Notes under the pieces: generated by a model
What the model was told of the DNA's origin: nothing
Databases searched by the model: none
The model's input: only the letters and a program-made list of their open reading frames with translations
Shown: positions 12,867 to 24,731 of the stretch, in pieces
Layout: every line of letters begins with the position of its first letter
Position numbering within the stretch: position 1 is the stretch's first letter
Assembly: GCA_004764695.1 (NCBI GenBank)
Contig: SMSO01000025.1
Coordinates: forward strand, 806,001 to 870,000
Length of the DNA stretch: 64,000 nucleotides
Origin: Schizochytrium sp. TIO01
Taxonomy: Eukaryota > Protista > Bigyra: Labyrinthulomycetes
Direction: 5' to 3'
Position numbers and translations under genes: made by a program

Positions 12867-15531
12867 GGATCCAAACAAACAAAAAAGTTTGCACAATTCT
12901 TTTGGCTGGCTTGAGTTGTTTTTAAACCCGAGCCAAAAGACTTCAACTCTTCTAGCTTGCTTTTCTTTACTCCTTCATAATAGCAATAGGCAGGCAGGTT
13001 ATGGTTTTGAGGAGAAAAGCTTGGCCTTTTGATTCTCCCCGTGCCATCCTGATTGATGAGTGAGTGAGTGATTCAACTGTAATGGAACCAGACAACCTTT
13101 GACTCTATCTTTGGATTTTTAGTTTTTTATGAATGGATATAATCTTCAAACCATTTTTCCAAATAGAGAAATGAGAAAGAAATACAATGATGAGAGAGAA
13201 CTTGTAAACTGATGAGCTGGCCAACACAGGACATGGGTGGATAATGAATGCCATTGCTTCATCGAACAAAAGTTCTAACCGATCGTGAATAAAGACGGCA
13301 CCACTAGCACCACCCGCAATGAAATGACAGCTCCCAGGGGTCAGGGGGTGAGCTGGTAGGTACCTACGTACCTAGGTATCATTCGCCAGCCAAATGTGGA
13401 GGAGCGGGTGAGGGAATGAATTGAACACCACGACTTGAATTGAATTCGAATTTCATTCGTACCATGAGTACCTCATACTACTATCTGCGACTCACTCCCT
13501 CCCTCGATCCCCCACTCGATCATTCGCCCAACCTCTTAGAGAACCCGTATCGCGCAAGAACTCAAGGTCTTAACTTAAGCTGCAGCGACAACTCTTCATA
13601 GGGAGTGAATCCTTCTGCTCCAATCGACTGTTTCAGAGCCGACCCTTCTACGAGGTGGCCAGGCAGCCAGGATAATGCATAAATACGTTGTAAACAGCAA
13701 GGATCTGAAATGATGTGCTGTGCTGTGTTGTGCTGTGCTGCTGTGCCTGCTCAAGGCAAGCGCAGGTTCTTGATCTTCATAGCAGGATAATTACAACAGC
13801 AGCATCGTAATCGAATCGGCATCGTTGTCGGCATCATCTTCAAGAACAGTGATTGGCTTACTTACGAAAGAAGAATTCCTCGTGATGTAGGCCATGGGAA
13901 CGCATCGATTGTTCTGTGATATTCGCATTGCATCGTTGGAGTTTGCATTCTGCCTTGTTGTATTATATTACAGTGCAGCACCTTCTTCTTTCGAACAAGA
14001 AATTATGCAAAAGTCACGAAAGGCAACGAATCAAAGGTTAAAGAAAGCCGCGAAGCAGGAGCCATCGGACAGTCGTCTGATCGATAAATAAGAACGATTC
14101 AGCGAGGACCCACCAGAACTCAGAGTATGTTTTCGCGCCTGATTGCAGACCCGTTTGGGTGAATATTCATCACAAAACCACAGCGAGGAATTTAACTTTA
14201 AACCATCAATGAGCGCAGATCTCCAGAAATGGAAGGGAATTTGGAGAACTTCAATTATATAATAATGTCAGGGCACTTCAAAATAGAAGAATCATTGCGA
14301 CAATCACAATTAGTCTTTCTCGATAATGGTGCTCCAGTGTCTACGAACTTAAAGCCTTAGAATGATGAGCACAAAAGAAGTCCAGCCAACTAAGTTTGGG
14401 CATTTGGTATATTTAAATTACGTAGCTGCAAATGTTTCGTGGAGGACTGAATTGACAGACAATCTTGCACAGTCGAGACTTGTAATAATAAAGAACTTGG
14501 AAATACAAACAACCAAAAGCCACCAATGTCAACAACTGTTCGATGCTGCAGTTGTCAATACGTTCTAAGGTATGATAAGTAAAGATGATTAATAAAAAGT
14601 ACATTTCAATCTATGATAGAAAAAATATGTCCTATCTTGGAGCTGTGATTTAGGCAGATTCCCTCCAAAACACGAGATGCGCGTTCTAATCTGAGCCTGC
14701 TTAGTTGGCTTTGACTCTACGCATCGAGGCCCACAACAGACGAAGGAAATGAATGTCCAAGATAGATGAATTTCTAAAACGACCACGAGCTATCAATCAC
14801 ATGGCGAGCAACTGATGAAAATGACTTGCACAGTAGCCACGAACAGGAGGGTGACTATGCTCGTGATACAATAATCGATCACATCATTGAAAACTATTGT
14901 AAGACGTTTCGTGACCATGCTACCTGAAATATATATATATATATACATATATTTCCAAAGAGTGTCCGCAGAGATTCATATATTCAATTCAAAGAAAGAT
15001 CATGTAGATCACCCTTTCATCCATCCCAAATTTGTTTGAGAAAGTAGTACCCAAATGTCATTGTCATTTTCGTTGCGTCGCATTAGTATCTATTGGATCA
15101 GGAAAGTGTTTCTTAAACCCTGGAACTAGTGGCTCTCTCTGCATCTGAAACCGCCCCTTGCAACGTCACATGTATCTCGCAGGCTGGCGTGTGTTAGGGT
15201 CAAGAATGTGTCCCATGAAGAATGATAGAACTAGAGCATTTATATAGAGTACTCTAGTATTGCTGTGATTGTACCCAAATTCACTGTTAGCATAGTATGC
15301 AGCTAATGATAAGGGTAGTACTAGACAATAGCAATGTGGCCAGCACTCTTCAAAAACCCACTGCAACGCAAGCAAAATCCAAGCCAAGCATTGTGAAGAG
15401 CACCATTAAGGACCTACCTTCATAGCTGGCTGTGGTGTAACTGCGTGGAACGCCACGGTAAAACGGAAAGAAAGCTGTCCAAGTCAATAGGCAGGCATTC
15501 AAGCAAACCAGCAAAAACACTAGGTACCAAG

Positions 15532-16758
15532 ATGACGAAGGATTCCTGTACTTCTGGCTTGTTGGCAAGCTTCGAGGAGCAGCGATTTATCTTCGTGGGT
15601 GGAAAGGGTGGCGTAGGCAAGACCACGACCTCAGCTAGTATTGCGCTTGGGCTTGCCCAAAAGTATGAACGAGTGCTAATTATTTCAACCGACCCAGCGC
15701 ATAATTTAAGCGATGTCCTCCAAAAGCCTGTCAGTAAAGAAATTGCTCCTGTGGCAGACTGCCCGCATTTATGGGCTGTGGAAACAGACCCTGCACAGAG
15801 TATCGAACGGTTTCTGCGTAAACATATGACACAACCACAGTCCGCCAGCCTCGGTCAAAATCCAATGACGGAAGTTCTCGACGAGGTTCGCGAATGGCTC
15901 AGCAGCTTACCAGGTATCGACGAAGCCATCTCTTTGATGCAGCTCTTTGAAGCAGAAAAGGCTCTTCATGAACGCTTTGATAAACTTGTCATAGATACCG
16001 CCCCCACTGGACACACTCTGAAAATGCTGCAACTCCCCAAGGTGCTTGAGGTTGGGATTGCCCGTCTTGAAAGCTGGAAGACAAAGTTAAGTGGGCTTAT
16101 TGCTATGGCTTCTATGTTCCTCGGTGGTAATTCTCAAGGCCAAGCTGCACAAATAGCTAGTCAACAGCAACTTGCAGAGAAACTTCGACAGCTCAAGTCT
16201 GGAATTCAACTTCTTCGAGGTCTGCTTCAAGATCCAAAACGTTGTACCTTTGTTTGTATAGGTATCGCTGAGGCCCTCAGTGTTTTAGAAACGGGCCGTC
16301 TTGTTGACTCTCTCCATGAATTCCAGATTAACTCTCATACAATGGTTATCAACAAGCTCCTAACTGAAAAATTCTCGATGCCTTCAGAGCGTTCTAGTGA
16401 GCTTGACATTGACCGTCCAACAAAGCTCCCACGGCGGGAGGAGGTGAAGCAGAGTTTGACTGATACGGTTAAAACAGAGGCTATTGTAACCAGCGAAGCT
16501 GAACTTGCAAGATTAGCTCTTGAACTTTGTCGTTCACGAGCCCGAATTCAAAATAAGTACCTACATAAATTGATTGCCTCGCATGGAGCCACGCATTCTA
16601 TCTTCGCCGTACAGGACCTCGCCTATGAACCTACTGGTCCACAGAATCTTCTGAGCTTCCTCAGCTCTATCGCCTGCGTCTCCACGCCCCCTGCATCATC
16701 TGAAACAGATAGAGCATCAACAGCGCCGGCTGCCCTTCTCAATGAAACCCAGAGCTAG
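15532..16758 (+). CDS. GET3: ArsA/GET3 (ASNA1/TRC40)-family ATPase
   Basis: Deviant Walker A GGKGGVGKTT, switch I STDPAHNLSD, PGIDEA and switch II DTAPTGHTL. First in-frame ATG is at 15532; the ORF track start at 15445 is a GTG. Confidence 0.9.
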   Translation: MTKDSCTSGLLASFEEQRFIFVGGKGGVGKTTTSASIALGLAQKYERVLIISTDPAHNLSDVLQKPVSKEIAPVADCPHLWAVETDPAQSIERFLRKHMTQPQSASLGQNPMTEVLDEVREWLSSLPGIDEAISLMQLFEAEKALHERFDKLVIDTAPTGHTLKMLQLPKVLEVGIARLESWKTKLSGLIAMASMFLGGNSQGQAAQIASQQQLAEKLRQLKSGIQLLRGLLQDPKRCTFVCIGIAEALSVLETGRLVDSLHEFQINSHTMVINKLLTEKFSMPSERSSELDIDRPTKLPRREEVKQSLTDTVKTEAIVTSEAELARLALELCRSRARIQNKYLHKLIASHGATHSIFAVQDLAYEPTGPQNLLSFLSSIACVSTPPASSETDRASTAPAALLNETQS

Positions 16759-17776
16759 GAAACATCTTCTTAGCTTCCTAAGCCATCGATCTTTATTTAG
16801 ATAAGTTTATACCAGTCGACCTTTCTTGCAGCTCAGAGTAATTCCTCCTGTCACATCACATCTCTTTTTGACAGCTCCCCATGCTGCCAGAAGTATAGAT
16901 GCCAGAGGTCTCACAAAGCAGTCCATATTTACCCAGTTTTCCTTTTCCATAATTTCCCCATGCTGCCAGAGGTATGTAGGCCTAAACCAGAAGTTTTACA
17001 AAGCAATGTGCAAGTACAAAACACATAGTGCACATCCAATCATTTTATGTTTTCCTTTAATTTTTTGCAATACTGTTACCGAGATACTCGTAATTTGAGA
17101 ACATCTTTACAAGAATATGAATCAGCGAACAATTTTCACAAACTGTGAAGTTCCTTTGATTGTTTAGTTCTCTTGATTGTATAATCATTTGTGACATTTT
17201 TTGGTTTTGAAATTACAAAGTCATTAGCTTGTAATTTTGAGCTTTCTGGCCAAAGAAAGTGAGGATTATGGATACAAAATTGAGTAATGTGTAAGGTGAA
17301 TTAATGGGCAAATATCTTACCAATCAAGATTGTTTCGCTATGATCGTAGACATATTAGGCAGCATTTAGAAGTATCTACACTTTCACTTTTCACAACTAT
17401 AATAGTAATCCCAAGAATGACACTGCTGAGGCCATGGACATCGGGATCTGATTTGCATTGATGGAAGTAATGAAAAAAAAAAAAAAGTGCTCAAATCAAT
17501 TCGACAATAAAGGAAAATGAACTGTGCATCATACATGTCTTCTACAATACATTAAAGTTGGTTCATCACCCTGAATTTTCTTGACTATATCCCTATGCAA
17601 GAGACTTAGATTAAGTGAGTTGGATTTCGTACGATTGTATCCAAAATAAAAGAGCATCCAGACAATATTCTGCACAAGCCAACTAGGTGTTGAGACGATT
17701 TCTGTAGAAATATGTAAACCTATGTACTCACAGAAACGCTTGACTAGGAGGAACGCTACTCCTTAATTACAAAACG

Positions 17777-18784
17777 TCAACTGTATTGGTGCAACCCACG
17801 CGTGCATGAAGCCTTAGCTTTTGTTAAAACTGCTTGTGGGAAGAAGTAGTCATCCAGGTAGCAGAAGAACTGTTGATAGTATCGGATACCTGTGCTGTGA
17901 TGCTCTTCGTGACGGCGCGGGCCACCAAGAATGTTAAAAGGCACAACACGATGGATCATCCATGGGCAATCAAACCCAGAATGGATTTCGGTGAGCATAT
18001 AGGTGATGACCGAGTTATACACCATTCGTGTCATTGGATGCAAGCGAAGCAAATTAATCACCAATATATTTGTACCAACTTGTAGGCTTCCATCTATCAA
18101 GGAATGTCGGAGAACTTCTGTAGAGTATAACGCCTTCACTGTATGGTGAGCTGCATGCAGCTTTCGAAAGTATTTTCCGTGATGCATTGCTACATGCATA
18201 GGGAAAAAGAACGCATCATAGAGAATCAATCCAAGGACAACACCAACTACAATTTGCCAAAGCGAACCAGGACCATCGTCAGGAACCTGTCGCCGAGGAT
18301 AAAAATAATCATACCCCATAATTATGCCAAGATATACGACTCCTGCGCGATACGGAACGCCAGTGTGATAATCCACATGCCGCTGCTCAGCATTAATGAG
18401 ATATTGCTTCCAAACTTCCAATCGATCTACCACGGTAAACCAGTTAAGCCAAACAGCAAAAGACAAAGTAGCCCATACAGGTTCAAATGAATCATGCCTG
18501 AACCACCACTTTGAACGCATCCATTGCCAACAGGATTCTACGTAATCATCAACTATTGGAGCATACAGGTACCAGTTTAGCAAGACAAACAAAGCCACGC
18601 CTCGAGCCACCCACGTTTTCCTATTTAAGCTTGCCTGTACATCAGCATTAGCCAGCTTCTTTCCTAACTTCGATGTCTGTTTTTCTTGCGTTCTCTTTGA
18701 TGGAAAACTGCGTCGAGGATCATGATGCCCTAACCCCTGCCAAGTCAACGGGTTCCAGCTGTCCCAAGAGCTTCGCTCTAGCAT
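17777..18784 (-). CDS. Fatty acid hydroxylase / sterol desaturase superfamily protein (cholesterol 25-hydroxylase-like)
   Basis: Histidine boxes HVAMH, HAAHH, EIHSG and HEEHH; several hydrophobic segments; YQQFFCYLD tail typical of the family. First ATG at 18784. Confidence 0.85.
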   Translation of the reverse strand: MLERSSWDSWNPLTWQGLGHHDPRRSFPSKRTQEKQTSKLGKKLANADVQASLNRKTWVARGVALFVLLNWYLYAPIVDDYVESCWQWMRSKWWFRHDSFEPVWATLSFAVWLNWFTVVDRLEVWKQYLINAEQRHVDYHTGVPYRAGVVYLGIIMGYDYFYPRRQVPDDGPGSLWQIVVGVVLGLILYDAFFFPMHVAMHHGKYFRKLHAAHHTVKALYSTEVLRHSLIDGSLQVGTNILVINLLRLHPMTRMVYNSVITYMLTEIHSGFDCPWMIHRVVPFNILGGPRRHEEHHSTGIRYYQQFFCYLDDYFFPQAVLTKAKASCTRGLHQYS

Positions 18785-20044
18785 CTCTTCTCCCAACCTG
18801 ACCCTCAGACCCAAACAGACAGAGAACCCGGCAGCTTGAACAGGTTGCTAGTTTGCTGATCACCAGCAGCACTCGAAACCATTGATGGAGCATACATGCT
18901 TAGATCTCAAGCTCTCCCGGCCTGAGCAAGTTCAACCGATGCTGGATTCTGATCCCAGCACAAAATTGCTAGTTCCATATTTGCCTAGCAGACTCTTATG
19001 ATAATTAGGAAAGAGTGACCACGGAGCATTTTAAAAAGCATGCTATGGATTATAACGAGACACGCAATGCATTTGTAGTGGACTTACGCTGGGAGACAGC
19101 CGGCCACGCTCCCAACATGAATAGAAGATTGCCAGTGATAGAACCACTGAACCTAAAAGGGAAGTTTGTATAAAACTAGTAGCAGCCATAGCAGTCGTTA
19201 TGGTAAATTTACTAGGCCTACTGGTAGCGGTTCATAATTGATGCACCTTGGCACATGCACGCCACTGCGGACACTTTGGTGGCCGATCTTTTTCTTAAAT
19301 TGAATATTTTCCTTAATGCAAAAATGAGGTTTACCCGAGCAGCAAATGCTCCTAGTTGTATCACATGATTTTTTAAAGCAGGTGCTTTGGTTCAGTAAAG
19401 TACATGTGTGCTGTTTGAGTGATTACGAAACTATCAGTCCTGATAAGTAAAGAAAAGAGAAACCTGCTGTTTCTTCAGAATATAGATTATGCCTGGTATT
19501 TTCACTTGTATAGCATACCAAGCTATTTGCGTGAGACTTATTCCCTTTCTCTTATTCTACGGATGTTATGTGAAAGGTTAGAAAGTAACTCCTTGCAGAA
19601 GCGAAAGATCCTTTATCTGAATTTCGGGTGCTTTTCCAAACGCCTTATCTTTAATAGTGGGTGGGTCTTAGGGGAGTCCAAGAGTGACCAATGTATCAAG
19701 TCAAGAATTGTTATCTATTTAAGCAACTCTGCCCCATAGGATTCGCCAAGAACATTCAAATAGAGAATAATATATCTTCATATAATTCACAGATACTCAC
19801 AATCGCAAAACCCTTGCCAAAATATACAGGCTTGCTTTGGGGGCTTAGCAAGGAAAGGTGTCTCATGCGTTGAAAACCTATGATATTTCATCTTAATAAA
19901 ATGGTCGGTGAAGCCATGGAAATATTAAGGTTTTTGCTTCGAGCGCAAGAACGATTCCAAGCATAATCTTGGCTTATGGACACACCACGTACGTACGTCT
20001 ACACCCGGTTTCAATGAAGATATCCACCAGTACAAGCTTACCGA

Positions 20045-20901
20045 CTACTGACTAAGCTTATCAATTTGCACGATGATCTGGCAAGCAGCACGGACATCTT
20101 GATTTACCCACTGTCGTCGCCAAGAACGTGCAGTCTTTGCGTGCTGCAAAGCGTAAGCAGTTTCGACAGCTCGTGCGATGTAACGGGCTCTAGTCTGCAA
20201 AATTTCAGCTTCACGAGATTTTTCAGGCACCTGCTGAAGAGGAACAAACTTCTCCTTCTCTATCTCCTCGACATCCTGCACAACTTTACTGACCGGACAG
20301 CCCATAGTATCCAACTAAAGAGAATTAGTTTCACCTCAGCACGTTTGACCTTTATTCCAAACCTCGAGATAGCGCTGTATTCCTGTGCTGGACGCCACGG
20401 CTCACCTGATGAAAGAATATGTTCTCCACGACTACCTGGTCATCCAACAACAACTTGCAACCTTGACAACAATCTGCTTTATTTATTTACTTTCGTCACC
20501 GCCCGTCTAGCTCTCGCACACCTGTTCTGCACTGTGGTCCTTTGCCTCCTGCACGAGCCGTTGATATCGTGAGGCAGCAATGACCAAGACACATGGAATA
20601 AGTACCATGAAAAGAATGGGGGAAGGTGTGTACATGAGACAATTTGAGAACGCCAGTTTGAGAAGACTTTCTCTGTTTTAGCTGTAGTTAGACGCATCTG
20701 CACGCGCGTAGCATGAGCGTACGGTCAACTACTGCCCGTGTTCGCCCTGCACGTGCGACTCTTAACCTTTGCTTCTTTTATCCCCTTTTTCTCGTCTTCT
20801 GGTCTGTGCAGATAGGTTAGATTCACCCAACTCCGCATCGTTGCTCGTTTGGTTCGTTGAGGCGCCAGTGCCAGAGCTTGAAGTTCGGTACGGCGCCTCA
20901 T
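20045..20901 (-). CDS. Putative multi-exon hypothetical protein
   Basis: The last exon (20314-20045) follows a ctaat..ctttag acceptor. An upstream exon LLLDDQVVVENIFFHQ ends at a GTGAGC donor in compatible phase 0. Further coding-like pieces are ESLLKLAF...RYQRLVQEAKDHSAEQ and an ATG at 20901 (MRRRTELQALALAPQR...). The 5' exon junctions are uncertain. Confidence 0.5.
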
Positions 20902-21020
20902 ATATACGAGTAGAGATCAGGGTAGTACTATCGGAAACACAGGAAAGGGTGCTCGGGAAGGTTTTGCCCCATCGCTTCGGGTTGGAAAACAACAATATAT
21001 AATCTTTCATTGCCTGTAAA

Positions 21021-24000
21021 ATGAAAGCAAATTTAGCACGTGCGCCCCGTCGAATACGCAGGAGAAAACATAGTGACCAGGGAATCCTTGTGGGCTCGGC
21101 ATCCAAAGATTTAGAGGAACGTATTGCTCTGCAACATCGTGTTCACGCATTGCGAGGCCTAGCTAAGACCTGTGCCACAGCAAAAGCGTTCGGTGGATCA
21201 TACTGTACTCGTGTAGAGAAAGCAGCGTTTGCAATCCTCCGTGCAATGCTCTGCACAAGCAACCAATTCGATCACACTCGAAAAGAATCAGAACCAGATG
21301 CACTTCGTGCATACACAATTACATTCAAACAATGGTGTTTAGATTTGAGTAGTCAAGTCAAAGATTCCACAGATCGTGTTTGTCTTGCTGCAGAGTCTTC
21401 TCCTCTCTACCGTTGTGTACGTGTAGTGGCAATGCGGAAAAACTTAGCTAGAGCTGCACAAGAGCTCGAAACCCTTTTAACTCGATACATGCAGGATATT
21501 CTTCCCTGGCTTGAAGCTAGTGAGCAACGTCGCGTGAAGCAAGTCCTCGAATGCGTCCACGTCCAGTATGCCACCTACGAAGTAGAAAGAGACATGCGCG
21601 TGCGCGATATGCAAGAGGAAAGCTTAGCAAACTCTCTTCGCGCAGAGCTACAAGTCCTTCACCGACTCGTTCTTAAGCGGGGAGAGGAACTCCGAAAGCA
21701 ACACGAAATGGAAGAAGCACGCTGTGCACGAATTCTGAAACGCATGGATTGTCTCGGTGTCGACCATAGTGAAAAACAGAGTGACAGAGATGAACTTGCT
21801 CATGAGCGTGCAATTATTAAACTCCAACCTCTCCCTTACTCCCCGCGACTTTTAAATCTTACTCATGCCGACGTAAATATGCGCAGACGCGCAGAAATTG
21901 AACGCTTTCGAAGTATACCAATTGACTCTCGGCTGCGTTTCTATCACATAAATAATCATTTGTATCAAGACACAAAGGACGCGAACAGGAATGAACTGCA
22001 TCTGCTGTCAGGTACGCATTTAAGTCAAGAAGAAACCAAAGAAGGTGATGCAACTAAGAGTTATCGAGATAAAGAGGGGTCAAACGGAATCGTTATGACA
22101 GAAAAAGCTGTCAACGAACTTCCTAGACGTAAAGCCCTAGATGATTTTTGGAAATGTACAGATTGGAGCCTAGCTGAAGAGCATCGTCTCGTTCTTGATG
22201 CTTTGGCAACAATTTCTGCATGCAATCCTGTTGAAGTTGTCAGGGAGCTTCAGCGCCTTCCACTGGGGGAGCTTGGATTTCGCACGGAACATCTAAGCAA
22301 CATTAAATTAAAAAGACGACCAACCAAAGGTGTAGTGTTTGCATATCTTCATTTTATTGGATCACCAATGAAACACGCTATTGCTCTTAGCCATCAACGT
22401 GAAGAGCGCCCTGATAGCATTCAGAATGCCGATGATGACGCAGATCATGACCCATGGGCAATACATGATGAAGTTGACAACCGGGACGAAGTGATTGTTC
22501 AAGCGGAAATGAACCGTGCTCGTCAGATTATTTGCCATACACTCCACATCGAGCGATTTTCCAATTTACTTAATGAATCTCGAAACAACAAACTTATACG
22601 CCGGCTCACTGATGTGAGACCTGGTGATACGATAGCTGTGGATGCAGCGGAAGATTCTTTGCGTGCTTCAGTAAGAGTATTCATGGCCTCGTCAAATGTA
22701 CACAATATTATGGACCTCCTAGCTCGTCATCTGGATGATGCTAGGTTAGTTAGGGTATGCTGTATGGCGCTTACGGAATTACTCGCAGCTGATGATTTTG
22801 CTGGGTCCGCAGATTCTGTTCGGTACTCCTTCATACAAGAGGGAGGAGTTAACATGCTTCTCAGCGTTGTAGATATATTCCGGTCAGAGAGTGTTGACAC
22901 TGCAGGTACAGCCTTGCATGTTCTTCATACAATATGTCGTTGGCGAAATCCATCTCTTCTTGCTGAACTACTCGTTCACAAGGCTGTCGCTAGATGTGCA
23001 ATATCTTTGTATGATTTTGAAACCCACCCATACGCTTTGGAACATGCATGTGGTATCCTTTGCATCATTACCGAAACAGAGCCAGGGCGAGATGCAGTAA
23101 CAAAGCTACCATTCGGAGCTTCTTACATTTGCAAAGCGATGCTTGCAAGTCCTGTTAAAAGAGCGTTTGCTCCAGCCCAGCGACTCGGCTGCGAGTGTGT
23201 AGCAAACGCATTGCTCAATCATCCTATCAATGCCCACTTAATTGCTCAGGACCCAGAAGATGGCGGCATTCGCTATCTCAGCGAAGTTACAACAAGGGCC
23301 CCAGGCAACCTCGTAGTATATCGCACGGCCTGCTCAGCGCTTGCACGCCTCGCTCGATATGAAGGAAAATCCCTTCTTAGACGACGTGCTATTGCGCTTG
23401 AGACTACAATTCATGCCATGCAGCGATTCCATGCCGACGAGCATATTCAAGCTCATGGACTTCTTACGCTAGCATACACAGTGGAGTCTGCTCAATCTCA
23501 ACGCTTCTATATCCTGTGTGAAAAAAAGGGATTTGAGAGAATTACTGGATGTCTGAGTCAAAAGGGCCTTGCCAGAGTGCATTGGCGTGCACCATATGCG
23601 CTTTGTGAACTTGTGCGAAGTCAGCACCCCCGCAGGAGATGTACATGGCATGTTTTTCGAGCTATGCAAGAGGATGGCGTGTTAGCGAAGCTTATTGAAA
23701 TTGCCTTCACATCATCTGCAGATTCGCAAATGCTTTTCTGGAGTTTTCGCTTTCTACGTTTACTTTTGCGGTCATGCACCCGTATCAACCTTATACGGCC
23801 TACATTAGATGGACTGGAGAATCTCGACAGCTCGGATTCAGAAGATGAGGGAGCAGGCGAAACACATGAACAGGAAAGCGGAGGTGAGGATGGTGAGCAT
23901 GCAGAGCAAGATATCCAAGTTGAAATCCCTGATCCCCCTCCAGAGCCAGAGGTTTGTAAACGAGAAAAGGACGAGAGTTTGGCAAGCTTCCTTAAAAGGC

Positions 24001-24731
24001 AAGCAGAAGCAGAAGCAAAAGCGAAAGCTCTTCAAGATGCATATCTGAAGGCTGTTGAGGAGGCTAAGCTTCCGCCTATTGAATTGCGGGAGGCATGGAG
24101 AGCTACACTAATATCACTAGGGCAGGATAATTTGAAAGCTTTTGACAAAGCAGTAAGTGCGCTAAAATTCGTAGAATTTGACCCTCCAGCCGCAAAAGAA
24201 GCCTTGCATCTTATTTTTGTATGGCTACAGGCTGTAGATGATATTATGTGCGCTGCGAAGCCTGCAGAAGAGCTCTCCTTTCAGCTAGGCCGCTTTCTTT
24301 ACACGTGCCGGCAGGAAGAGACAGTCATGGAGATGCTCACTCAAACGATGCATATTGTGATTGATTTTCTTGAAGAAAACCTCGGCGAGCGAATTAAGCT
24401 TCAAAGAGAGTATGAACAAAGTTTGCGCAGGTGGCAGCGAGAGCAGGAAGAAGACTTGGCTTTTGACACAAACTCGGTGTTTGCCGATATCTTTCGTCCA
24501 AAGCGAAAACCGATGCCACCTACTTTGGATTCTCTACCCAGCTGGGTAACAGCATCTCTTATTGGATTTCAAAGATCTTTTGCCATAGACCATCTCGAAA
24601 CAGCGCGAGTTCGTTTTGCAGTCTCCAGCAAACCTCTTGCTGCCTCTTTAGATTGTTTGCAACAAACCCTTCAGAAACTTTTTGCAAGTCTCCCGCCCTT
24701 GTCGAAGAGCTCAATTCCCTGCGAAGCATAG
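21021..24731 (+). CDS. Large hypothetical protein with armadillo-like helical repeats, coiled coil and an acidic linker
   Basis: 1236-aa uninterrupted ORF with ARM-like segments (FIQEGGVNMLLSVV, HAMQRFHADEHIQAHGLLTLAY, ALEHACGILCII). Confidence 0.75.
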   Translation: MKANLARAPRRIRRRKHSDQGILVGSASKDLEERIALQHRVHALRGLAKTCATAKAFGGSYCTRVEKAAFAILRAMLCTSNQFDHTRKESEPDALRAYTITFKQWCLDLSSQVKDSTDRVCLAAESSPLYRCVRVVAMRKNLARAAQELETLLTRYMQDILPWLEASEQRRVKQVLECVHVQYATYEVERDMRVRDMQEESLANSLRAELQVLHRLVLKRGEELRKQHEMEEARCARILKRMDCLGVDHSEKQSDRDELAHERAIIKLQPLPYSPRLLNLTHADVNMRRRAEIERFRSIPIDSRLRFYHINNHLYQDTKDANRNELHLLSGTHLSQEETKEGDATKSYRDKEGSNGIVMTEKAVNELPRRKALDDFWKCTDWSLAEEHRLVLDALATISACNPVEVVRELQRLPLGELGFRTEHLSNIKLKRRPTKGVVFAYLHFIGSPMKHAIALSHQREERPDSIQNADDDADHDPWAIHDEVDNRDEVIVQAEMNRARQIICHTLHIERFSNLLNESRNNKLIRRLTDVRPGDTIAVDAAEDSLRASVRVFMASSNVHNIMDLLARHLDDARLVRVCCMALTELLAADDFAGSADSVRYSFIQEGGVNMLLSVVDIFRSESVDTAGTALHVLHTICRWRNPSLLAELLVHKAVARCAISLYDFETHPYALEHACGILCIITETEPGRDAVTKLPFGASYICKAMLASPVKRAFAPAQRLGCECVANALLNHPINAHLIAQDPEDGGIRYLSEVTTRAPGNLVVYRTACSALARLARYEGKSLLRRRAIALETTIHAMQRFHADEHIQAHGLLTLAYTVESAQSQRFYILCEKKGFERITGCLSQKGLARVHWRAPYALCELVRSQHPRRRCTWHVFRAMQEDGVLAKLIEIAFTSSADSQMLFWSFRFLRLLLRSCTRINLIRPTLDGLENLDSSDSEDEGAGETHEQESGGEDGEHAEQDIQVEIPDPPPEPEVCKREKDESLASFLKRQAEAEAKAKALQDAYLKAVEEAKLPPIELREAWRATLISLGQDNLKAFDKAVSALKFVEFDPPAAKEALHLIFVWLQAVDDIMCAAKPAEELSFQLGRFLYTCRQEETVMEMLTQTMHIVIDFLEENLGERIKLQREYEQSLRRWQREQEEDLAFDTNSVFADIFRPKRKPMPPTLDSLPSWVTASLIGFQRSFAIDHLETARVRFAVSSKPLAASLDCLQQTLQKLFASLPPLSKSSIPCEA

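Noticed and set aside
19419-19960. Short ORFs that might be a decayed gene
   Set aside because: Mostly non-ATG starts and no motif recognised on either strand.
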